Shown piece by piece: positions 1 to 6,467 of a stretch of 10,681 bases of DNA. Origin of the DNA: Candidatus Jordarchaeia archaeon. Its GTDB lineage: Archaea > Asgardarchaeota > Jordiarchaeia > Jordiarchaeales > Jordiarchaeaceae. Made by a program: the position numbers and the translations under genes. The notes under the pieces were generated by a model, which ran no database searches, had not been told where the DNA came from, and saw only the letters and a list, made by a program, of their open reading frames with translations. Location of the stretch: NCBI GenBank assembly GCA_029856435.1, contig JAHQXB010000119.1, forward strand, positions 1 through 10,681. Direction: 5' to 3'. Each line of letters begins with the position of its first letter. Position 1 is the first letter of the stretch.

Positions 1-65
1 AGGGTGGTTCTTGATACGTCGAGGAGCTTTATGGCGTAGCGGTAGGGTACAGGCTTCCTACACAT
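1..65 (-). CDS. Possible 5' end of a gene running off the left edge (MCRKPVPYRYAIKLLDVSRTT...), product unknown
   Basis: The only open minus-strand frame over 1-80. ATG at 65, preceded by an SD-like GTGAT (80-76); an in-frame GTG at 80 is an alternative start. Divergent from the gene at 211. Only about 21 codons are visible. Confidence 0.3.
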   Translation of the reverse strand, partial: MCRKPVPYRYAIKLLDVSRTT

Positions 66-164
66 AACCGCTTTAATCACATCAAAAATTATTACCTAAA
101 AACCAAAAGAATTTTTGGACGTGTTCATTGACAGGAAAGATTTTTTTTATGTCTGTAAACTTGA

Positions 165-205
165 TATGTATATATGTCTCAAATTTAAAAAGTGGGAGTT
201 GGTGT
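165..205 (+). promoter_or_regulatory. Putative archaeal promoter and RBS for the 211 gene
   Basis: AT-rich TATATA/AAATTTAAAAA tract (about 173-191) followed by GGGAGTTGGTG just upstream of ATG 211. Confidence 0.4.
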
Positions 206-210
206 TGTGT

Positions 211-1023
211 ATGGTTGGGACTAGAAGGTTTTTCACTGTGAACCAGATTGATGCGACTGGCGCGGGGAGTCCCCATCAGAGGGAGCTGGAGGAGTATAGT
301 GCCAATAAATTTTCTTTGTTTAAGGGTTTGGAGGAGGCTACACTCCGCAGTATAGTGTATGGGGAACTTGGTGCAAGATTGGATAATGTGGGGTTGAATG
401 AGGATTGGACTATTACCATCGAATTTTTCCCCGAAGCAAAAGTGCACATTTCCTATTTCTATTACGGGGATGAGTTTGGGGATGTGGAGGGTGAACTAAA
501 ATTCCTGTTCTCAGGGGAACAAGTCTACATGATTCCCGGGGAGGATATGGTTACTTATACGGGAATAATTTTGGATTTTATTGAACGCAGAATCAAAAAC
601 CAAGAACCCATCGATAAAGGTTATGGCGAAAAGACGGAGCTGATGAAGAAGATTTTGGAACAGCGTAAAGAGCCATTCAATCTCCTGGAGAAGAAAGATG
701 CAGAAGAGCTCGGGAAATTCATTGGCGGAGAAATAACCATAAGGGGTTCAAATTGGAACATAAAAAGGGAAGTGCTCCCCGAAATTTTTGTGGAGGTAAC
801 CTTCGATAAGGGCAAAAATATGTTAGACACATCATATTCGGGTAAAAATCTTACCAAAATAGGGAGATACCACTTAGAGCTGATTGCAACATTCACCATA
901 AACCACATTCTCAGGTACATTGCATTGAGAAACCAAGATAAAAAACTTCCCACTATTTGCTACAAAATGTTTTCCAGACTGTTCACCAAAGAAAAAGGCT
1001 GGAACCATAGGAAAGCATCATAA
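211..1023 (+). CDS. Hypothetical protein with two tandem DUF3786-like domains (about 270 aa)
   Basis: The ORF track starts at TTG 115, but ATG 211 has an SD (GGAG/GGTG) and the upstream extension overlaps promoter-like DNA. FFPEAKVHISYFYYGDEFGDVEGELKFLFS resembles the DUF3786 pattern (LPxxPxxhhhWxGDxEFPxxxxhLF), recognised by eye. An internal repeat is visible: FPEAKVHIS...LFSGE...ILDFIERRI versus LPEIFVEVT...SYSGK...TINHILRYI. Confidence 0.6.
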   Translation: MVGTRRFFTVNQIDATGAGSPHQRELEEYSANKFSLFKGLEEATLRSIVYGELGARLDNVGLNEDWTITIEFFPEAKVHISYFYYGDEFGDVEGELKFLFSGEQVYMIPGEDMVTYTGIILDFIERRIKNQEPIDKGYGEKTELMKKILEQRKEPFNLLEKKDAEELGKFIGGEITIRGSNWNIKREVLPEIFVEVTFDKGKNMLDTSYSGKNLTKIGRYHLELIATFTINHILRYIALRNQDKKLPTICYKMFSRLFTKEKGWNHRKAS

Positions 1024-1186
1024 ATACTATTAACCCTTTTTCCCACATTTGTAAATAATGTAGTGTTTAGGGATTGCAGTAGGTAATGCTCAGTTTGTTG
1101 AAAGATGCGCCGAGGAATCTGGGGTCTGTGTAGAAAACACTTTAGAAGATGGTTACTATTAAAATTTACTTGTTGTTCTTTGTTTT

Positions 1187-1629
1187 TCAACTTTTTCGGG
1201 TTTTAACACGGCTGTTCTTAAATTTGATAATTTTTTTGATTTTGTCTGATTCTTCAGGCAGGTAGTAGGCTTCACCAAATTTTTTGCATTTTCAATCATT
1301 CTTTTACTGCAGGGAACCAGAGCTGAGTTTGCAGCGAAAATAAAGTATGCGTCAAGGGCTCTGGAATGGGTTTCTTAAACTACTTTGAAAGCCTCGTCGA
1401 ATATAAAATCCTCAGATAGAACTTCGAAATCAGCGGTGAGTTCTTCATCTTTTTTGGAGAAGATTATGTTAAGCCTTCCTGCGACAGAAACTAATTCAAG
1501 GAGAAAAACTCTTGGTATGAATATGAGCAGGCCTTCAATTGACCTCAATAGTTCTTTAGCCATTCTGTTTCTGGCTTCATTCTTTTCAAAGAGAGAATCA
1601 ACAAAAACAGAAAAATCAACAACAAGCAC
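1187..1629 (-). pseudogene. vapC: PIN-domain (VapC-like) toxin pseudogene
   Basis: The N-terminus [14 protein letters not shown]...PRVFLLEL has the PIN D and E motifs. After an in-frame TAA at 1375-1377 the frame continues ETHSRALDAYFIFAA (the PIN 'DAxhhAxA' motif). A frameshift then gives FGEAYYLPEE. The 3' boundary is approximate. Confidence 0.8.
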
Positions 1630-1834
1630 TCCTTAACTCCTCAAGCACTCTGTAGGCACCCTCAACTTTCTCAATTTTTTCTTCCAGCTCTGCCAGCTTT
1701 TCAAAAAATCTTTTAGTAACTTTTTTGGTTTCATTAATCTATATTTTTCACGAACTCACTCTCTCTCAACCCCACTTTTATGAGGGTTTGAAAACTCCGT
1801 TTCTCATTTATGACTTCAATAATTCACCAATCAA
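1616..1834 (-). pseudogene. AF2212/DUF104-like antitoxin pseudogene
   Basis: Pieces in different frames read IIEVINENGVFKP / LIKVGLRESEFVK / [37 protein letters not shown], matching the AF2212-type 'IEVIYENGVFKPLxKVxLxEGE' signature. It overlaps the PIN start as in VapBC operons and has a GGTGGT SD. Several frameshifts. Confidence 0.75.
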
Positions 1835-2019
1835 AACCACCAGTTAAACTACTAATTATGGAAGTTTGCCTAAATTTTTCCTCCGAAACGAAAGCACTGT
1901 CATCACTACAATAAGACAACGTGCCGCACCCATAATTTCTTTCAGTTTTTAGGAAATATCTCCTTTCTCTATGGTTAGAGCCGGCTATGTATAAGAAGCC
2001 TGCAGCTTACAACTAACCC

Positions 2020-2586
2020 GTGAAGCTACTCCACATACACTCCAGAAACAGAAGAAGGGGACGAAGGCTATATCAGAAATACGCAAGAAGGTGGAGGAGC
2101 CGCGTAAAAAAACTACTTGTGTCTCCTGGCAAAACACCTGGCCACCGCCTTCCCTGCACAGCACTGGTTTGAAAAACCGGAGAAGAAAAAAATGCAAAAG
2201 AAACACCACAAGAAGTGGAACCGCAGGCGGGGGGAGGCCGGCTGGCGGCTACTGGTTCTCCCTGATGAGGGGCTGGGCCCCAGTGGTGGAGGTCAGCCCG
2301 GGGTTACACCTCGAAAAACTGCAGCAGATGCGGGGGGCTGAATAAAGCTCTAAGGAGCCACAGGTTTTTTAGTGTCCCCACTGTGGCTTCAAAGTAGACC
2401 GGTGGTTCAAATGCCCGCATAAACATTTATCACAGGGTGAGAGGAGTTTCCCCACAAAAGGAGTTCAACTTTGTGGGTGGGTTGCCCTTGACGGTGGTGG
2501 AGCAGAGTGACCCCTATGAGCCCGTGAGGGGTGTGGGTGATGTGGTGAAGCCCTGGGTCTACATATGTCTACTTTTGACAGCGTAG
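2020..2586 (+). pseudogene. tnpB: tnpB (IS200/IS605/IS607-family RNA-guided nuclease) pseudogene, N-terminally truncated
   Basis: Stitched translation: VKLLHIH..RRLYQKYARRWRSRVK / YLCLLAKHLATAFPAQHWFEK..KKWNRR..AGWRLLV / SLMRGWAPVVEVSPG / YTSKNCSRCGGLNK / CPHCGFKVDR / NARINIYHRVRG...VVKPWVYICLLLTA*. It shows the RuvC-II E, the YTS-CxxC...CxxC zinc finger and the RuvC-III NAxINI motif. Five frame changes, near 2110, 2258, 2303, 2370 and 2410. Confidence 0.88.
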
Positions 2587-2594
2587 ACTACAAC
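2020..2594 (+). mobile_element. Degenerate tnpB-carrying IS remnant (element A). Right end probably at CAAC 2591-2594; left end not identifiable
   Basis: tnpB remnant plus a subterminal hairpin GTCTAC(2557-2562)...GTAGAC(2583-2588) followed by TA-CAAC. The same arrangement is seen at element B. Host-type sequence (a HEPN gene fragment) begins immediately after. Confidence 0.7.
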
Positions 2595-2614
2595 TCCCCT
2601 TATTGAAATAGGGG
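2430..2614 (+). ncRNA. Predicted TnpB omegaRNA (scaffold plus about 20-nt flank-derived guide), element A
   Basis: omegaRNA is known to overlap the tnpB 3' end and IS right end. Stems seen: CCCACAAA/TTTGTGGG, ACCCC/GGGGT (2510-2514/2528-2532) and the terminal GTCTAC/GTAGAC. Boundaries are inferred. Confidence 0.6.
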
Positions 2615-2839
2615 AACACATAATCACGAAAGAAAAGCTGGTTTTTCCGTTAACCTATAGGGAACTCTTTGAAATTCTCAAAAATAGGGGGAATAATATT
2701 TGGTGAAGTTTTTAACTCCGCTGAAAGACTAATTTTTTTGAGAAACCTGATAGCTTATGAATATTACAGTATTAGAGAGGAGGAGCTGTTGGAGGTGGTG
2801 GAACTGCTTGAAAGTGTAAATGACTTGTTCGAAAAGTAA
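2599..2839 (+). pseudogene. HEPN/DUF86 (HepT-like) ribonuclease toxin pseudogene, 3' part
   Basis: LIEIGEHIITKEKLVFPLTYRELFEILKNRG, then a frameshift in the G-run near 2687-2691, then IIFGEVFNSAERLIFLRNLIAYEYYSIREEELLEVVELLESVNDLFEK*. This is a typical DUF86 'PxTYRExFExL...RNxIAHEY' pattern with the catalytic H replaced by Y. The 5' part is missing where element A ends. Confidence 0.78.
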
Positions 2840-2951
2840 AGAAAAAATGGAGGTTGTGGTGGTCCCCGATTTCCTTCAGAACCTCAAAACAGGTTGGTAA
2901 AGGTAGTAACGAAATCGTTGGATACTATTTCTCAGTCCACCAATGGTTCTT

Positions 2952-3998
2952 TTAAATTTGGATGCGGAAATATTTTCCATATTTTTTTGTGGCTTTAATC
3001 ATTGTTTTGAAGTTTTCGATTTTGACTGCGTTGTGGATGGAGTTGCTGGAACTTAAAATGTATCCACCTCCATTTGCCGCTTCTTCTATGCATCTTTTAA
3101 CTTCTCTTACTGTGTCATCAATGGTTCCGAGTGGCAGAATGTTGGTTACATCCACATTGCCCACGATGCATATTTTATCTCCAAATTTTTGTTTTACTTC
3201 TCTTAGGCTCATTCCAGCTTGGGGTTCTATGGGGTGCAGTGCATCTATTCCCGTATTCACAATGTCTTCCAGGATAGGCCAGATGTTTCCATCGCAGTGC
3301 TTAATGAAGGGGACTCCCCTCCGGTGAACCTCGTCCACGATTTTTTTAAGGTAGGGGGCAATGAATTCTCGGAAAAGTTTCACCGACATGAACGGTCCAT
3401 GTTTATAGGCGTAGTCATCTCCCGATATGAGGGCGTCTACTCCCAGATCAATCATGGCTTTTGCCAGCTCAATGTTGTAATTTACGGAGGCTTCAATGAT
3501 TCTCCTCGCAAAGCCGGGGTTCTTGTAAAGGTCTATGAGGAAATTGTTTACGCCCCTCATTTGGGAGGGTATCTCGAAGGCGTCGTGGATTCCACCCACA
3601 ACCGCCAACCGGTACTTGTTGTTTTTTATCACCATTCTGAGCCTATCCAGCCTATCATAGTCAAATGGGTCGGGTGGTGAAAAATTTTCAAAATCCTCCT
3701 CGCTATCTATTGTGCCCCTTACATAATAGATGACCTCGTTTTCCTCCACTGACCATATTCTAGCCCAATCATCAATGAAGGACTTCTCATCCAGAGGCTT
3801 CACGGGCCTAAAATTGTCCCAAAAATTTATGCCGTCCAACCCACAGCCACTGTAAACTTCATAAAAGTCCAAAGCGTCTCTGGGAGTCCTGCCCAAAATT
3901 TTCCTAACTATGGGGACATTAATCTCAATCTCGAAAAGAGGGACAGCGTCCGGCTCCTCACCGTAAAGCGCCCTTAAAATCCTCTCTCTAGAATCCAT
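2952..3998 (-). CDS. URO-D/MtaA-CmuA superfamily protein (probable corrinoid-dependent methyltransferase), paralogue 1
   Basis: Start set at ATG 3998 (MDSRERILRAL, GGTG SD) rather than 4022. Family motifs: EEPDAVPLFE, FIDDWARIW, DDYA...GPFMS, KHCDGN, HPIEPQAGM, GNVDV, GGYILSSSNSI. It lacks the RQAGR motif of true HemE. Confidence 0.85.
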   Translation of the reverse strand: MDSRERILRALYGEEPDAVPLFEIEINVPIVRKILGRTPRDALDFYEVYSGCGLDGINFWDNFRPVKPLDEKSFIDDWARIWSVEENEVIYYVRGTIDSEEDFENFSPPDPFDYDRLDRLRMVIKNNKYRLAVVGGIHDAFEIPSQMRGVNNFLIDLYKNPGFARRIIEASVNYNIELAKAMIDLGVDALISGDDYAYKHGPFMSVKLFREFIAPYLKKIVDEVHRRGVPFIKHCDGNIWPILEDIVNTGIDALHPIEPQAGMSLREVKQKFGDKICIVGNVDVTNILPLGTIDDTVREVKRCIEEAANGGGYILSSSNSIHNAVKIENFKTMIKATKKYGKYFRIQI

Positions 3999-4110
3999 CA
4001 ATATACACCACTTCATAGGCAAATTTCACAATTCAATGTTTTCAATAAAACTTACCGAGAACAAGATTTAATACTATTCTCACCCCTCGGTGCCAAGTAT
4101 GTGAAAGTTT

Positions 4111-5190
4111 TTAGTGCCTCGGGTAAACTCCAAACTTTTTAGCTGTTTTTATTTGGGCCAGAAAGTTTTCTGGTTTGCACCAGTCATTAATTTGATGTCC
4201 TGAGCCCAGAAGGTAGCCTCCGCCGGGAGCGGCTGCGTTTATGGCTCTTCTCACTTCTCGGGCGACTTCCTCAGGTGTTCCGAAGGGTAGAAGGTGGGAA
4301 ACGTCAATGTTTCCAACCAAGCAAATTTTTTCTCCCCACTTCTCAGCCACCTCCCCTATGTCCATGCCTGCTTTGGGCTCTAAGGGTTGAATGGCGTCCA
4401 CCCCTGCTTTTATTATGAGATCCATGAGGAGACGGATATCTCCGTCAGAGTGCACCATGAGAAAAGCCCCCTTTTTATGGAATGTGTCAGCCGCCTTTTT
4501 TAGGCAGGGATAAATGAACTGTTCAAAGTGCTTGGGAGAAATCATGGGTCCATGGGTGTAGCCGTAGTCGTCCCAGTCTAGGAGAACCTCCGCTCCCAGA
4601 TCTATGCAGGCTTTCCCCAGCTCTATTAGGAATTTGGTTGAGTCTGCAAGAACCCTTTTGACGAATTGGGGATTTGTGAAAATGTAGCGGAACATGTTCT
4701 CCCAGCCCAGAGCCTCGCCCTGAACTTCCCAAATGGAGCCCACTGCAGCTACTGGGAGTATGCGGTCGCCTGCGGCTTTTACTGCGATTTTAAATTGTTC
4801 AATGCCCCAAGAGTCTAGAGGGTCAAGTCTGGGAAATTCCTCATATTTTTCGGGGGTGGTCAGGTATCCGCCCATGTAGAAGTGGGAAATGTAGCTCGCA
4901 GAAACATTGGCGCTGTAGATTCGCCCCCATGAGTCAACATATCTGTCCTTATCCAATCCTCTAGCGTTTTTAGGATTAAACATTAGAGTGTATACAGTGG
5001 AGCTGTCCAGTCCCAATTTTTCGTAAAGGTCAAACTCTTTTTCCCAGCCTGCGTATATGGAGAGGCACTCTTCGGGTTTCTTATTGAAAATCTTGCCCAG
5101 AACCAGGGGACTAACTGCCAATTCAAAAAGTGGCACTCTGTCCGGTTCTTCATGCATAAGGGCTTTGAGAACTCTTTCACGCGGCTTCAC
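4111..5190 (-). CDS. URO-D/MtaA-CmuA superfamily protein (probable corrinoid-dependent methyltransferase), paralogue 2
   Basis: GTG start with a GGGGTG SD. Motifs: KPRERVLKALMHEEPDRVPLFE, YVDSWGRIY, DDYG...GPMISP, VHSDGD, QPLEPKAGMD, GNIDV, GGGYLLGSGHQI. Clearly paralogous to 2952-3998. Confidence 0.87.
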   Translation of the reverse strand: MKPRERVLKALMHEEPDRVPLFELAVSPLVLGKIFNKKPEECLSIYAGWEKEFDLYEKLGLDSSTVYTLMFNPKNARGLDKDRYVDSWGRIYSANVSASYISHFYMGGYLTTPEKYEEFPRLDPLDSWGIEQFKIAVKAAGDRILPVAAVGSIWEVQGEALGWENMFRYIFTNPQFVKRVLADSTKFLIELGKACIDLGAEVLLDWDDYGYTHGPMISPKHFEQFIYPCLKKAADTFHKKGAFLMVHSDGDIRLLMDLIIKAGVDAIQPLEPKAGMDIGEVAEKWGEKICLVGNIDVSHLLPFGTPEEVAREVRRAINAAAPGGGYLLGSGHQINDWCKPENFLAQIKTAKKFGVYPRH

Positions 5191-5236
5191 ACCTTACACC
5201 CCTTAAACCGTCTACTTAATAATTTTCCACTCTTAA

Positions 5237-5400
5237 ATGAGTACTCATAAACTTATTGTATAACTGTTTTTAAATATAATTCATAAGTTTGATGGTACTC
5301 CCCCAACCAAACATTCTTTTACACTCTTAGCCCTACACGTTTACCATTTTACAAGAAGGAAGAACATTAGCGAAAGAGGTTTCCCATCAAAGTTTACTTG
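5237..5400. promoter_or_regulatory. Divergent promoter region with BRE/TATA-like boxes, a 12-bp palindrome and an imperfect 18-nt inverted repeat
   Basis: ATGAGTACTCAT (5237-5248) is a perfect palindrome. GAGTACTCATAAACTTAT (5239-5256) is nearly the reverse complement of ATAAGTTTGATGGTACTC (5283-5300). A related CCATCAAAGTTTAC lies at about 5384-5397. The region sits between the divergent starts at 5190 and 5501. Confidence 0.5.
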
Positions 5401-5500
5401 AACAAATTGTTAAAATAACCATAGATTGGTGATGGTTTGTGGAAAATAATAAAAGGGGGAATAGTCGAAAAAGTTCTAAAAAGAAATTTGGGGAAGAGTA

Positions 5501-5806
5501 ATGGCGTCTAAACAGAAAATTAGAGTCTTGCAGGGAACGGTTCTCAGTATTGAGAAAACAGGCGAGAAGAAAAAGGATGAAGAAGGAAATGTTTGGGAAA
5601 AGTGTATCTTCAGCCTCGAACTAACCGGCTTTTCGAAAAGAACCCCCCATGAAGAATTGCCATCCGAACTTAAGAGTAAAAAAATTAAGCTTGTCAGGTG
5701 GTGTTGCTTTGACTGGCACTACAAAACAGGAGTCAGAAAAACACTGGAACCAGAAGAGACTGAGGCTGTCTTGAAGAATAAGCCCCTAGACTCAGTATAT
5801 TGGTGA
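5501..5806 (+). CDS. Small hypothetical protein (101 aa), beta-rich, with a WCCFDWH motif
   Basis: Clean ORF with ATG after GGGGAAGAGT. It ends 6 nt before the corrinoid gene and has natural-looking composition. No family recognised. Confidence 0.75.
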   Translation: MASKQKIRVLQGTVLSIEKTGEKKKDEEGNVWEKCIFSLELTGFSKRTPHEELPSELKSKKIKLVRWCCFDWHYKTGVRKTLEPEETEAVLKNKPLDSVYW

Positions 5807-5812
5807 CGTGAA

Positions 5813-6460
5813 ATGGACGAAGCACAAATTTTAGAAAGGTTAAGAGAAAGTGTAGTCAACCTTGATATTGAAGAAGTTAAGAAAGCCTGCCAAGATGCTT
5901 TAGCTCAGGGAATACCTCCAATCAGAGCCATTACGGAAGGAATGGCTAAGGGCATGGATATTGTGGGACAAAAGTATGAGGCAAAAGAATACTTCCTAGC
6001 AGAACTCATCATGTCCGGAGAAGTCATGAAGGAAGGGATGAAAATACTAAGCCCACACCTCAAAGACTCAGACGTTAAAAAAATGGCCAAGGCCGTCGTG
6101 GGCACAGTCAAAGGAGACCTCCACGACATTGGAAAAAACATTTTCGCAACCCTAATGATGGCGGCAGGATTCGAAGTAGTAGACCTCGGAGTAAACATTT
6201 CTCCGGAACAATTCGTGGAAGCAGTGCGCAACCATAAACCCAGAATCCTAGGACTTTCAGCCCTACTCACAGTCACCATGCAAGAATTAGAAAACGTGAT
6301 AAAAGAACTTGAAAAAGCAAATCTGAGAAACCAGGTCAAAGTCATTGTGGGCGGAGCACCACTCACTGAGGAATACGCCAAAAAGATTGGTGCGGACGCC
6401 TACGCTCCAGACGCAGTGGCGGGAGTCAACATATGTAAAAAATGGGTGGAAGGAGAATAA
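5813..6460 (+). CDS. Cobalamin-binding corrinoid protein (MtaC/MtbC/MttC-like methyl carrier)
   Basis: N-terminal cap domain (GMAKGMDIVGQKYEAKEYFLAELIMSGEVM) plus the B12-binding motif GDLHDIGKN...GLSALLT...IVGGAP (DxHxxG-SxL-GG). Confidence 0.95.
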   Translation: MDEAQILERLRESVVNLDIEEVKKACQDALAQGIPPIRAITEGMAKGMDIVGQKYEAKEYFLAELIMSGEVMKEGMKILSPHLKDSDVKKMAKAVVGTVKGDLHDIGKNIFATLMMAAGFEVVDLGVNISPEQFVEAVRNHKPRILGLSALLTVTMQELENVIKELEKANLRNQVKVIVGGAPLTEEYAKKIGADAYAPDAVAGVNICKKWVEGE

Positions 6461-6467
6461 AACTTAG

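Noticed and set aside
115-210. N-terminal extension of the 302-aa ORF from TTG 115
   Set aside because: It runs through AT-rich promoter-like DNA, and ATG 211 has the better SD.
1064-1162. Short open frame CLGIAVGNAQFVERCAEESGVCVENTLEDGYY*
   Set aside because: It looks like a gene remnant but has no start codon and no recognisable family.
82-1636. ORFs 82..447, 621..953, 960..1190 and 1385..1636
   Set aside because: They are antisense to the DUF3786-like gene or the PIN pseudogene.
1860-2019. Possible left end/TAM of element A, or the 5' half of the HEPN gene
   Set aside because: No frame gives a convincing DUF86 N-terminus and no clear left-end hairpin is visible. It cannot be resolved without an empty-site comparison.
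2085-2345. ORFs 2091..2345, 2117..2341 and 1985..2209 as independent small genes
   Set aside because: They are frameshifted pieces or the antisense of the tnpB pseudogene.
2583-2612. CRISPR-repeat-like ending (ATTGAAA) after a hairpin
   Set aside because: Single copy with no repeat-spacer periodicity or cas genes. It is explained as codons IEI of the HEPN fragment.
2847-2900. Tiny ORF MEVVVVPDFLQNLKTGW* (possible RelE-like remnant)
   Set aside because: Too short to support any assignment.
3999-4022. ORF-track start MPMKWCIL for URO-D paralogue 1
   Set aside because: The family N-terminus (MxSRER) and a GGTG SD point to ATG 3998.
2952-5190. Calling the URO-D proteins hemE or mtaA
   Set aside because: The diagnostic RQAGR (HemE) and H-x-C...C zinc (MtaA) motifs are absent, so no gene symbol is given.
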